Positions 25,960 to 38,600 are shown, counted from the first letter of the whole stretch. The stretch: 48,564 nt of DNA, filler included, from Catajapyx aquilonaris (GCA_000934665.2; 2 parts of 2 records of this genome joined end to end with filler, not necessarily neighbours in it); one strand, 5' to 3'. Notes: generated from the sequence alone by a model not told the origin. Numbers and translations are program-made.

Positions 25960-26625
25960 ACAGCAGGCTGAGTGGGGTAGTGGGCGGGGGCAGTGGCCTG
26001 TGTGGAAACGCCATGGGTGCAACGGGTGAAAGGAGGTGGTAGATGGTCACCACCAGGAGAGAGGGAGTAAGTCAGTGGAGCTGAAGCCAAACCTCAGCCC
26101 ACATGGCCATGAACAACAAAGTTTTTCGCGATGTATTCCGGAGGGATGAAGCCCATTGTTCAATGGTGTATGGAGATGGGCCTCGTAGCAAGGAATTGCA
26201 CATATGAATGCTGCAGAGAGGCTGCCTACTGCGGTTGTTCCAAACTGTACCCTGTTTAATACATTTAAAATGAAGATGGGGCTCATTGTGTAGGTGTACC
26301 AGTACTGTCCTTTGTTGTGGTCATGCTACGCATGTCACGTCACATTGCATGATTTAATGGTAAATGCGAGTGATAGTAAGCTAGGGGCTTATTATGGGTT
26401 TGAATCCACCAACAATGGGATCCTCATTGTGCTCTGCAGGCCAGAGGATGTTATTGTGGCTTTGCCAAGCACCTAGCTTAGAATATGAACAGTCATGGCA
26501 TTCAAATCTCCCGGCAATCCTGCGTGGTGTCCATACCCAACCTCCTCTCCTCCACTGCACAGTCCCCATGGCTTTGCCACACAGGCCGCTGCCCCCAGCC
26601 ACACTACCATACCCAGGCTGCTGCC
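25960..26625. repeat. Diverged inverted repeat pair (old MITE) in the BCKDHA intron
   Basis: 25961-26058 is the reverse complement of ~26518-26622 (GGGGGCAG(T/C)GGCCTGTGTGG...GCCATGGG). Confidence 0.75.
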
Positions 26626-26692
26626 ATGGCCACCTTCCGATCATCATAAGAAAATGTATACTCACCCTAAATTATTTTATCTGCACTTTCAG

Positions 26693-27137
26693 GATAGGTC
26701 ACCATAGCACATCAGATGACAGCAGTGCATACAGATCAGTAGATGAGGTCCGTTTCTGGGATTCAACAGACCACCCTATCGCAAGGCTGAGGGCATACAT
26801 GATTGGGAAAGGTTGGTGGGATGAAGGCAGGGAGGAGGCGTGGAGAGGGGAGGCAAAGCAAAAGGTCATTACTGCCTTTGCCAAGGCAGAGAAGCACCTG
26901 AAGCATGATTGGAGACTCATGTTCACCGATGTCTATGACCAGGTGCCAGACAGCCTCAGGTTTGTAGGAAATTTGTGGCGTATCCTTTGAATAGATTTTT
27001 TAAAACTACTATAGTACTGTGGAAATATTTGATTACCTCTCAGGAACCAGATGCAGTATATGGAAGATCACGTGAACAAGTACCCAGAGCATTACCCTCT
27101 GAAGAACTTCACACAATCAAGCGGACCACTTGAGTAA
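26693..27137 (+). CDS. BCKDHA: Branched-chain 2-oxo acid dehydrogenase E1 alpha, last two coding exons (26693-26959, 27044-27137)
   Basis: Encodes (R)[20 protein letters not shown]...DHPI.RLR.Y...GWW.E..E..W...FTDVY...P and terminal [14 protein letters not shown], the BCKDH E1-alpha phosphorylation loop and C-terminus. AG/GT sites keep frame; TAA at 27135-27137. Confidence 0.96.
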
Positions 27138-27552
27138 TTTTCATGAATCTTATTGGAAGGAAATGAAGGCTTGGGACTCGGAAACAAAACTGATCAACCC
27201 TTGGGTCCTTGGTGATTTCTGGATGCCTTCCACAGACTTTGCCTTTTGTTTGAACCACTTTTACCTGATCTTGCCGGAGAAACAGAATTGATGTTGTATA
27301 GCTTAATACATGTGGTTTGATTCAAGGGCAATTGCAAGGGGGCTTGATCACAAGAGGCAAAATGTGTTAAGGCAGCCGTGGGAAGGAGGGTCAATGTACC
27401 TAATGGCTGAAGTCTGAAACCACACCCCTCTCTTCTTGATAAATGGTATTGCCCTCTTGTGGATATGATTTTAATAGGTTAGGGACCCATCTTTGCATTT
27501 AAGATAGTCTTCCCACTAATAAACACTATTTTTGAGAATGATTTTACTGATT

Positions 27553-27740
27553 TTTTATTATTCTTATTACTGGAGTTACACCTTCCCCATGTACACAGTA
27601 TGCACAAAGCTTGCCTGGCTCTTCCCCCTTTCACTTTTTCTCCATTTTTTATTATTTCTTATTACTGGAGTTACACCTGCCCCATGTACACAGTATGTAC
27701 AAAGCTTGCCTGGCTCTTCCCCCTTTCACTTTTTTTCCAT
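27553..27740. repeat. Tandem duplication, ~95 bp period, two copies
   Basis: TTCTTATTACTGGAGTTACACC...GCTTGCCTGGCTCTTCCCCCTTTCACTTTTT at ~27561 and ~27656. Confidence 0.93.
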
Positions 27741-28938
27741 GGAGGCACAAGGGCCTGAACCCCGCAGTCCCTTTGGTTCCACGACTAGCTCCGTGGCCTG
27801 TGCATACGGAAAATGAAGCTCGCAATTTGGCATCTTGACCCGCAGGGCTTGTTCCACCTTTTCCTTCTCCTCAATCTCCGGCAGGTCATACAGCATGAGG
27901 TACTGAAGGCTTTGCAGCTTGGGCAAGAACATGAGCCCCTCAGTGGTGATGTTCCCACAGCTGCTGACCTGCAAGTGGGTCAAGGTTGGGCCTGCAAAGA
28001 GGGACAGGCTGGAGAGGCAGTTGTCTTCCACATAGGGGCACCGGTGAAGGATGATTTTGCGCAAGTGTTGCAGGCCCCCTGGAAATAGAGAAGGTAGCAA
28101 ATTAATCCTGAGGCATTACCATCAATATTTGTGATGGCTTACTGAGATGAGGGAAGCCAATGTTCATGATGGCTGAAGAACTGGCATCAATGGCCTCAAT
28201 CTTGTGCACTCGGATGTTTGAACCAGGTAGGGAATTGTAGTCATTGAACCATGTCTCGGTGCCCTTCCACTTAACAGAAGCTCCACAACGGATCAACCAC
28301 TCAGCACAGGCCCTATCAGGACCCACATCCTGGATGCGCTGGGGGTCAACCCTGAAAAATAATGATAACGCATCATCAACTTGGAAGATTTGCAATCGGA
28401 CACTAAGCCTTTCAATGAAATGTAATGAAAATGCATGAAAATGGTGCAACATGGGGGGCACAGAGTAACACAAATGCAACGCGAGGAAAAACATTACGCA
28501 TTACGCATTACATTATTGCATGGCGTAATGGGCCAAAAATGGACGTGATGTCTCAAGTGTGTCTTGGGTTACTAGTTGTGGCAAGGTCCAGTATTATTCT
28601 TAAGTCTGGCTAGTTCTTAGGAGACTGCCATACAAAAGCATCACTGCATTGTTCATCGTAGGACCAGTTACTTGGTTGGATGGATCACGGTAACCAAATT
28701 ACTGGCAACCCTCATAGTTCTTCACCATAATTTAAACTGGCCCTTAATAGTGCCATCTCTGTGCTGCACTTATTGCACCAATGACACATAATTACGTGAC
28801 AATGATCGGATACGCATCCGATTGAATAATGAAGGTGTTTTACCTGTTGAAGATAGTGTTGAGCCAGCCCCAGAGGTGACGCTTGACCGGCTTCTGGGGG
28901 GAAGCCAGCACCAGGAAGGACCTGCGGAGGATGTTCAT
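27726..28938 (-). CDS. DMAC2L: ATP synthase subunit s (coupling factor B, ATP5S/DMAC2L); exons 28938-28844, 28351-28143, 28078-27726; 218 aa
   Basis: Spliced product has LWGWLNTIFNRVD..RI.DVGPDRACAEWLIRCGA...IEAIDA..S.IM.IGF...CPYVED.CL...SCGNIT.EG...L.DLP, as in ATP5S. Basic mitochondrial-type presequence; GT-AG introns; 657 nt in frame. Confidence 0.95.
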
Positions 28939-29706
28939 CCTTCCTTCTCGCCGGCTGACTGTTGGAGAAGCTGAAGCCCCAAACGAGAAACGGGGGAAAG
29001 AAGAAGGCGAACTGACAATTTCGAAGAGCCTCACTCTGTTCCGCTCTCGTCCGCTCTGTTCGAAGTCAAGGTTGCCAATAGGTATCCTAGCGATACTGTT
29101 TGTGGGTGCGTTCATATATTTTTGCGCATTTGGCAAAACGTCAAAACGCGACAAGTTTTAAAAATAAGAGTTGAAATATAATGTAATGGGACATGTAATC
29201 TTGACATGTTTTTCAGAATTCTGCTGTAAAAAGATGAACACAACATGTCTGACAACCTTGTTTAACTCAGTGACGTGTGATGTGCAAGGTTATGAACGAA
29301 TCCAGAGGAGACGGTGGTATCGGCGTAGATTGCGGCTTTCGGCGGCTTTTTGGGGTGTGATATCTGCATGACTGCATGGGAAAAGTCAGCGACTCATCAT
29401 CAGAGATCGGATTTCTAGGTTCTAAAAAAAAACCTCAGATAGGTAGGCATTTAGGTCCTGAAAACAGTTAAAATAGGCGCTAAAAATCAAGCTGGTCCTC
29501 ATTTATTTTAAGTCCCATGCAAAACCTTACAGCCTATGCTTGGCCATGTACCGTCAATCGGGGTTACTTAAGCCGGGTGGGTAACTTAAGCCATTTTTCT
29601 GCGTAAATTTCGGACACTGATTTGGGCAACACTGTTTTGAGTTGAAATGTTATTTTTCATGACATAAGTCCATATTGTAGTGCAGTTTTGGACTGCATAT
29701 TTAAAT

Positions 29707-30353
29707 ATTTATTTATTTATTTATTTAAAAAAAAATTTACCCCGTGATACAACCCTAGGCCGTTATAGGGGGGTGGCAGACCACCATACAGTTTTCTAAT
29801 TATTTTTTCTTCGGACACCGGTGCAAGGATTACTAGGAAATAGGGTAAGGGTTGGGGATTTGGGGAGGGGTAATTCCATGTGAGATCACCCAAAAAAAAC
29901 TAAGATTCACACCCTCTATTTTTTAATAAAACTGAAAATTGGAATATAAACTTACACCATGACAATGAAATATAACATATACATTCTTGAATCTTGAGGT
30001 CAATAGTTCACAAGTTACAAGCAAATGAAAAATTCCAAAAACCGAATACACGTGTTTCGAAATGGATTTATTCCTGACCCCAAGATTCAAGAATGTATAT
30101 GTTATATTTCATTGTTATGGTGTAAGTTTATATTCCAATTTTCAGTTTTATTAAAAAATAGAGGGTGTGAATCTTTGGGTGATCTCACGTGGAATTACCC
30201 GGAGGGGACACATGTGCAGGTGCATTGTCCAGCGGTGGGCCAGGTCACGACCCATTGACGCAAGCGAAAGGTTTGTTCCCGGGTGGGGATTTGAACCCGG
30301 GACCTTTCGCATAGCAAGCCGAGATGTTACCATCTCGGCCACCGTGCCTCCCC
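29707..30353 (-). mobile_element. tRNA-derived SINE, family B, interrupted by a MITE
   Basis: A box TGGCCGAGATGG and B box GGTTCAAATCC on minus at 30280-30345. The tail at ~29737-29790 resembles the family A tail and is followed by a (TAAA)n tract. Confidence 0.7.
29868..30200. mobile_element. Foldback MITE with GGG termini and 4-bp TSD (Sola2-like)
   Basis: TIR GGGTAATTCCA(T/C)GTGAGATCACCC extending ~130 bp; TSD GGAG. Confidence 0.88.
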
Positions 30354-31021
30354 CGCATATTTGAATATTGTGTTTGTGTCAAAGGTAACTTTGTAAAATC
30401 TTAATTATGTTTAGGATAATTGCATAATAAATTTATACCCTACGTAACTTTCATCGCCAACATCTTCTGTTTGAATTTAATTCGCTATAAAGATGATGAA
30501 ACATAACCTGCAACAGTCCTTTTAAGGTAGTTATACTACATAGCTTAAATTTCCATTTTGGTGTCAATATATACTTAAAAATTAATTGTTGCGTCATGTA
30601 TGGGGTAACATAGGCCACTTGTTCCAAGCCTGGCAGGAAGTGGGGGGATTAGCTTCTGGGGGTCAAGAGCGTATTGCCTAGTTAGGAGCATTGTTGATGA
30701 TGAAATGTATGTTTTTTTATCAGAAATGGGTTGTTCTGTACAGCCTGTGAGCATAAAGAGAGGCCGCCATACTTTCCCTTATATGAACTGAAATTTTGCA
30801 GAATAAATTTCTGGAGCGTACAAGCTGTGAGAATATGCAACTTCTGTTGCACAGTGCATATAAAAAATGTAGATTGTGTGACCAATCCCATCGTCAGCCT
30901 GCTTTGACAGGGGAACCCCCTGCTCTAACATACTGTTTAACCCTTAACTAGTAAGGTGAACTTGAGCAACGCAACTAGTAAGGTGGGGTCATTGGTGATC
31001 CCACGTGGTAATTGAATTATA

Positions 31022-31643
31022 CAGGGTGTATCAGAGTCACGAGTCAAGCGCGCACGAGGGGGTGGGGAAAAATAGTAGGTGGCGACTACCCCGGTCGGTT
31101 TTATAAAACAATTAGAAATACGGCGTGACGTCACGTCCTTTCTGTTTGAATTGAGCCTCGCGGGCACGGCAAATGCAAGGCAAGAGTGCAGTGGTTTGAA
31201 CGTGTTTGAAGCTGGTTTAATCGGTTTTTATCCTTGCTGGTTGCACTGAAAAAGGCGCTCTCATGCTACACCGGCAGGGTACTGAACAAAGTAGTGTACT
31301 ACTGTACAGTGGTATAAAGTCGCAGGGACGTTACCATACCGTCGTCCTCATGAGTTTATACGACGGTATGGAAACGGCCCCGCGAGTTTATACGGTTCCA
31401 TTGTTTGGTGAGCATGTGGGGGATGTCAACATGGCAATGCCTAGCAACACACCGCGTACGGTGGTGATACGGTAGTGTTTGAATTTCGCGGGCGGGTGTG
31501 ACGTCATGATTAGTCCCAAACTTTGGAGGCCTCGTGAGCCCTAACCAGGCCTCGTAGAGCAATAGGACCTTCACTTCCATATACTGGTTTTTCACAAGGA
31601 ATCTCGCTACCTGAAGCTTGTGCGCCATTTACCGACCACCCTG
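31022..31643. mobile_element. Tc1/mariner-type MITE nested in the piggyBac element
   Basis: TA-CAGGGTG ... CACCCTG-TA. Confidence 0.7.
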
Positions 31644-31674
31644 TATAAAGTCTTTATATTTATATTATACTTTA

Positions 31675-31746
31675 TATTTTGAAAGTATTACTTGTGTGGC
31701 ATTTAATGTAGACATTAAATGCCATACAAGTAATACTTTCAAAATA
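31675..31746. repeat. Near-perfect palindrome (35-bp arms, 2-nt loop)
   Basis: TATTTTGAAAGTATTACTTGTGTGGCATTTAATGT-AG-ACATTAAATGCCATACAAGTAATACTTTCAAAATA; one mismatch. Confidence 0.93.
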
Positions 31747-33167
31747 AGGGCTATATGACATTGTATAAGTATAGAGAGCGCAGGCCAAACCCATATCTGA
31801 AACTATTTACAATTTTTATTATTATTGCACCATCTATGACAGGTTTGCCATTAGTACATGCCTTGCCACCGTTTGAAGCAAAAAATATAAGCTTCTCACT
31901 GGCAGGCATGAATCCAAGAGCAATGAGGAATCCAAACGTAACTAGTAAGGTGGGGTCATTTTTGACCCCAGCCGCACATCACCTTCGTTATAGCCGTTTT
32001 TGGACCGCTATTAATTTTTTTTGTAAAATTTAAAGGTTATTAACACATAGCCAAAGATGTGATCGAGGAATACACGTAAGCTTTTGGCTCTTGATTAACC
32101 AGTTATTTGACAGTGCTAATTTCCCCAAGCTTGGGGTAAAAAATGACCCCACCTTACTAGTTAAGGGTTAAATAGAGATTATTGCCAAACACTGCAATTG
32201 AAAACAATATATGGATATTTGGAAAATGTGCCTTTTCAATAGCCTTATGTGAATTTCATTTTTCAGGCAAATGTCAAGTTCAGAAAGGATATACTGGCAT
32301 GTCCCCCATCATCAGAGATTCCATTTATTAGACTTTTTCGAGAAAAAAGTCTTATATAATGGCTCTGTCTGTCTGTCTGTGGACAGGTATCAGACAGACA
32401 GACAGATCCGTGCTGTAATAACTGGTCGACCTCACCTACACTGGCATGCCACAATATGAGAGGTAATACGGTAAGTTTTTTATTTCCAATAATTTTATGA
32501 GTTTTCTCTATTTTTCCCCCCAATAACTTATGGCCAATGTTCACTTCAAAATGTCATGTTTTGTCTTATTGAAATACCGTAGAATGGGACGACTTCGAAC
32601 GCATGACGTGAAATCAGACACTTCTTTGCTTGGGTCAGTGTGGAGACTGTATGGGAGTCCAAAAAAGCTGCTTGTCAAGGGTGTTGGACAGAGTGGGTTC
32701 GAGAGCTGCAGAATACAACATGAGCAAGCCAGCACATTGAGAGTACTTCTTACACACTTTTTCTCTGACGTAAAACGACATACAATGAAAATAACACTCC
32801 TCTGTTGCACGGAAGTAAACTGGAACACACCCGATTTGTAGTGTCATGATTCCGCTCCTTTCATTCAGGGTTGTAAATACGATAAGTTTTGTGTTTTTCT
32901 GTAATTTTGTAGGGTGACTTCGGACATAGGGAGGAAGAACATCAGAGTTGTAGGGGGAACCCTTACCAACATTACAAGACTGAGGACCTTGAATGGGCTG
33001 TGCCAGATGAGAAATGCAAAGTTCTTTACATCAGGGCAGCAAAAAATCAGCAGAAGAGGATTCCCAGGTCCCATGCAGCACCATTTCGGACATGTCCCGA
33101 AACAAACATGCAACGAAACACGAGGGAAACCTGTATTAACTTTTGAGGAGAAAAAGAAACTCATTAA

Positions 33168-33294
33168 CCCTGTAATGCCCCTTGGGTCACATCTGGCACA
33201 CCATTTAGTGCAATTTGGCACTTACAGGAAATATAAAAATTGCAAAAATTGCACTAAATGGTGTGCTAGATATGACCCAGTGGGCATTACAGGG
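33168..33294. mobile_element. 127-bp piggyBac-type MITE
   Basis: TTAA TSD; TIR CCCTGTAATGCCC extending ~48 bp. Confidence 0.9.
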
Positions 33295-34197
33295 TTAAAG
33301 GTAAAGACCCCGATACATGTTGAGTGGGCAACACGAAACGGGTCGAGGTCAAATAATTTATGTGCAAAAAATGTAGGCGAAAGAAACCACTAAAATATGT
33401 TTCTGTCACCAACTTTCATCATCTTGAATGCTGATGATGAATGTCTTGTGGTGCAGGCGTGCAGTCCCAGGTTGTTCGGAAATTGGTGAAGATCAGAGAC
33501 CTTCGCAGCAGTTGGAAGAATAATCACATCAAAAACAATCTCAATTTATTTTGCCTGAATTGTGGCAGCCCTGTAACATCTCTAGTTCTGCTGGTGACCT
33601 TTATTATTGCTGAAGGTATCATAATATTATTGATCTGAACAACTAATGGACAATAATGGCTGATGTCTTGCACATCAAGGGAATTAACTAAGGACCTTCT
33701 AATACTGCACAGTGTATACACCCTCCACTGGTAATGTTTTTACTATGAAAACTGGCATGCTACTAAACTCGTTGGTAATCAAACTGGACACCGCACCGCA
33801 CACCCCCTCATTGTACAAACCAATGCAAATATGAGATGTAGTACTTGAGACCCTACCTTCTCTCTCGCCAGCCAGTCAGCCAGTCAGATGAAATGGAATT
33901 GGAGCATTTACAATTATTTTATTTGCAAGAAATGATTGCAGTTAGTATAGTAACTATTTATAAAAGCAGTTTATAAATGAAAATCCATCTGTTAATGACA
34001 TGTGGGTAGAATGTAGAAGTAGGAACAAGAAGTTCCTATGTTGTCATGGAGTGTTTCAGGTATAAAGATCTTCCCTAATAGGGTACTTTTATTTACTTTT
34101 TTTGTTTGTTTCACTGACTTTCGTTGTCATTAGAAATTGGGAGGGCCAAATAGAGTACAATATTAGAAATAATTGAACCGAACTTTTTTTTTTCTCT

Positions 34198-34474
34198 CGT
34201 GAGATTTGCTCAAGGGTGGCGGCCTGGCTACCTGTCAGGGCATGACCATTGTCGCCCTGAGACTGCTTCAGGATTCCCTTCAGAGGTCGAGGAGCAGAAT
34301 GGTTGAGTTGATGTGTATGACTGTGTACTGAGCGTGTGTGATTAAATACAGTTTATACAGGAACTGTGTCTCCTTTGTTGGGTGAGTGGAACAAGGGGGT
34401 CTGGGGCTAGGCCTAGTGTGTGTCTGGGTCTGGTCCCATGTGTCGTGCCCTCTTTAGCCGGGCGGGCACGTCAC
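34198..34474 (+). mobile_element. Possible old solo LTR
   Basis: Ends in GTCACA, degenerate GTGA start, internal ATTAAA followed by GT-rich sequence; no TSD found. Confidence 0.3.
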
Positions 34475-34693
34475 AAGCGCAAAAGGGTCATTTCACGGCA
34501 CAGGGATTTCCCTTTTCCAGCATGTTGACTTAAGCTCAGTTACTCCATTGCAGCAGTCTGTTATTAATTATTTTAAATCATCTTGAAAGAAACTCAACGA
34601 TCTCCATGAAAGTTTCTCCTTCGTTCCTCCAGTGCCTAGCATCAAAAAATGTCCACCCATTCCTGCTGTACCTAGGCTACCCCTCCCCAGGGT

Positions 34694-35505
34694 TTGAGCA
34701 TCTCCTCAGAGGAAACTGTGTGGTGTGAGCACGTAGCGGCACATATTGATGGCGAATGTACCGGTACCGAAACTGACGACAATGGCGGTCCAGTGGGAGG
34801 TCCTGCCTTGGGTCCTGCTCTTTCCTGGGCAGCATATCACGGCCGGGAGCAAGAAGTTGTAGGTTCGTCTATAACGAAGTCAGCACTCCTTCCCCTGTTT
34901 CAAGAGGATTCCAAGTCAGTTGCTATGATGTGCCACGCCATGGAGGTGATAAAGATGGCCACCAGCCACTTAAATCCTGGACAAGTGCCTATCATGGAAT
35001 GCGATCAGCCTCTGTTCAGTCAGGCAAAGCAAATTCAGTGGGAATATCCAGAGAAATATGGAGAAGATGATTTCATCGTTCTGCTAGGGGGTTTGCATAC
35101 GAAGTTGGCCATTGAGAAATGCTTAGGCTCTGACCTGTCCATATGTCCGTTCTTTAAAAAAATTCGGAATTGACAGATTTCCGTTACACTCAGGGTCCGT
35201 TATGGACAGGTTTCACTTATAACGACATGATTTTTCCAGAATTGAGTTTCTCGACCCTGAAAACATGGGAAATGACACCAGAATGACCACCGTAGCCAAA
35301 CAAATACGCAGAAAACACGCGATTTTCACTTATGCCACATATAAAACCAGATAAAACTTTGCGGGGGTGTACAACAATTACCAGACACCTTTGGAGGTGG
35401 CTCCAACCCTCAAAATGCTCCTTATGGTGCGTACATCACGAAAAAAGAAATTAAAATCGCTTTTGGCTCGAAGTGCATAATACTTTCAATAAGCCGCCGT
35501 ACTAA
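34694..35505 (+). mobile_element. DNA transposon fragment: transposase piece plus probable terminal region; superfamily uncertain
   Basis: WAAYH...LLPLF.E....AM..HAM...LNPGQ.P...DQPLF..AKQIQW..P..YGE..F...GGLH, a motif set I recognise from an invertebrate transposase-like family; truncated on both sides. Confidence 0.7.
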
Positions 35506-35648
35506 ACCACCCGGGGGAGTTCACTAAAAATGGCCACGTTTAAGACATTGCACGGCTGCACCTTGCACATCCCCTCCTGTCATCCTGCCCGTGGGCCCGG
35601 GCGATTCGCTCAAGGTTCCAGCTTTGTACTGCATTGTACTTCAAGTAT

Positions 35649-38600
35649 TGTCAGGTTCCGCACTCTGCGGTACCGTACCCTGGCTAGCTCAAGTACTGGG
35701 TTCAGTAATGATACTACGGACTGGGGATAAATCAGTGTGTATTACGATTCAGAGGTTACAGAGCCCAACCCGCACACTCCTGCTCGGGTGGCAGACAGGG
35801 ACCGACTGGGGAAGGTGGGGCGAACCCCCCTCCTCCTTACAAAGGGTGAAAAGCAGGGGCAACCATGTGGCAGGGTTGCCACATGGTGTCACAATACCCC
35901 ACGTTACAAAAATCAGCAGACACCTGCTGATGTCACTTCAAAATTCCCCCTCCTACTACTAAAAGTTCAAATCACTTAACACATGTTCCATCCAGCGAGC
36001 TCAACTGGAAAGAAAATTTTCACATACACACACATGCACACCAACATGTAGATTCGTCCACGCTGCATACTACTGGATCCCAGTTCCGGCGTCCCGGAAG
36101 CAGCACACGCACACAGGCAGCCATGGTACAAAAGTCCAGGCAGCACACGCCAATCACACGCTTCGCAGGAGGTCCCATCTTCAGAAAGCTCCTCGAAGAA
36201 ATCAACAGCAGTGCCATTCCAAAACCACGGAATGCGCACAAGTCCAGGTCACGCACCTCAACAAGTGGCATATCCACTTATGACCAGTGCACCGGCTGAG
36301 AACCATCCCAACCACAACACACGCGACTCGCACGTGCCACAGGATAACAGCTAGTCTTCATCCACTACGTCACCACAGTTCAGCACATCAACGATCAACC
36401 ACATGCTCACCTCCTGGAAAGGTCCTTCCACGTGACGACGTCTTCTCCTCCTCTTCTTCTCTCCATCCAGCTGATCACAGCCAGAACAGCCAGCAGCACC
36501 ATCGTTATCGGTGGGACAGCAGCTGGCGACTCGAGAGATGACACATCACTCCAGCAGTCCATCGTAGCCCCCACAAGCAGCTAACGACAATCACCCCAGT
36601 GTCGACGGCCGGGTACGGTGGTCAGGTGTCCTAGGACCTCGCTCAAGGACATCTCAGCTCCTTTTTCCCGGCAGGAGTGGCACTTTGTGTTAACCACCCC
36701 CACCCTTCTCCCGGCGCCAGTCCATTGACCCCCAAACCCCCTCCTTATGGCCACCCGAAACCGGGTCTTGGCTACTTGCCGAACTTTCAGGCACACCAAA
36801 AACGCACACGGCTACTTAACAAGCCAACGTCAGGTGTCTCGACCCCTATGACCATAGAGTCGTACGACAAACCTACTATGCTACCCAGCCTCCGGGGACT
36901 TCCAGAGCGACCACTGTCACTCGAGCCCAAGCACATGGTAGCACCACCTTCCACGCGTAGGTACCCACAAGGGGATTTAACTGACAACAGGGCAGGATGA
37001 CTCGCATCCAAGTGGGCAGCGACCGTTTCGCTGGCCAAAGGTCAGGTCTCAAAATTCAAGACCATCGGCATACATTCAAAAATGTAGCCAATCCGTCCTC
37101 GACATCTTCAACGACGGTGTTCGCATCAGGATCACACCCGATGCAAACAACAACCCACCCGACAATAAGTCATTGGGTCGGTCAACATGTGGTCAGTCGA
37201 CCCAACATGTGACCTCAGTTCTGGTCCGTCCAACTCCGCTGGCACGACCCCGCAGGCACACGATGCAACCTTAGCATCCGCCCACAACAGTCAGTCCAAC
37301 AATCATCGTTGACTGACTCGGTACTCACATTGACGGAGTACACTCCCCCATCCTGCGACAACCAAGATGAGCATAGTAGCCAACAGTGTCCACTACTGAC
37401 TTTTCCGAATTAATGCCACGCATTAATTCAAAGGCATTGCGCTAACCAAGCAACTAATTACCTACATCTGGTCGAACTGCACATTCCAGTACAACCAACC
37501 CGACCAGATAATCCCACCGAATGCGTCACATTCAGCAACGTGGGTACGAGAAAAGAAACGTCCGTTTCTTCCTCCAGCAGCCAGATGACCCGATTTTCCG
37601 TTATCTGACAGGAAGCCAAATGCGGTACGCATTTATTCTCCTCATCGGCCGCATCATGCTTGCCACATGATTGAACGGCCACATGCCCAATATCAGCACA
37701 GTACTTACTGTGCTTCTCAGGACACACTTGCGTCAGAGAATATGACCATCCTCATCAACACTATTTCTGGGCGCCACTTCCGGTTAACTTTCCGGAAGAA
37801 TATCCGGTGACAAAATTGATAATTTTATCACGCAGGACTGTGTCCAACAATGGACACAACCGCCCCCTCTGGTATGGCAGCATCAGCCTCCAGAGACCAT
37901 GGACTCTGTTCCGGTGCAACCAACAGCACCCCGGAACTCTCCACCAGGGTGGAAGCAGCAGACTTCTGCTGACATTCCCCCCCAAGCCAGATGCGTCACA
38001 CAGCAAACTTACCATGTGTCACAACTTTAGAACTAGTTTGGAAACCAAAATGCTACTCGCACTTTTCTTTCCTTAATCGCCACCCCAAAAAGGGTCCTCC
38101 TGTTGACCTTCAAGAGCTGAGCTCCCAAGTCAGGCGAGATCGGAATGTGCCCACTCCTTTCTCCCCCAAGAAGGGTCCTCCTGCAATCCGCAAGAGCCCC
38201 TCCCTCCGCTGGCGCTGGTGCCACACCGCACCCCAGCTAACAAAGAAAGGCTGTGCATTCCTTCAATGCACTGTTGCCATATTTTTGTGCTGCATGTACC
38301 GGTACCGCAAATGTACATACATTTGGTACGGGTACATCCACACTAACTCGTGACGTAATTACGCCACAATCAGCACTGTTGCATTAGCAACATGGCGGCA
38401 ACAACGATTGTACGTGCTTCCAGCAAGTCAACCACGTCGTACAGCGGACTTTCATCAGCATGTGCCAATGTCCACTCCGACAATAGGTGGACGATGAGAC
38501 CACCGCTATGTCGGCGAGACATGTATGGAAGCGTACACCTTCCATACCATGTCTGCACCAGCCGGACAAATGTACGGGCACGCCCGCCATCTTGTCCTGC

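Larger units (their letters stand above)
30941..32167. mobile_element. Non-autonomous piggyBac-type element
   Basis: TTAA TSD; TIR CCCTTAACTAGTAAGGTG; subterminal repeats AACTAGTAAGGTGGGGTCATT at ~30974 and ~31940. Confidence 0.88.

Noticed and set aside
32914..33393. 159-aa ORF as a gene
   Set aside because: It reads through a piggyBac MITE; at most a decayed pogo HTH-like remnant (VLTFEEKKKLI).
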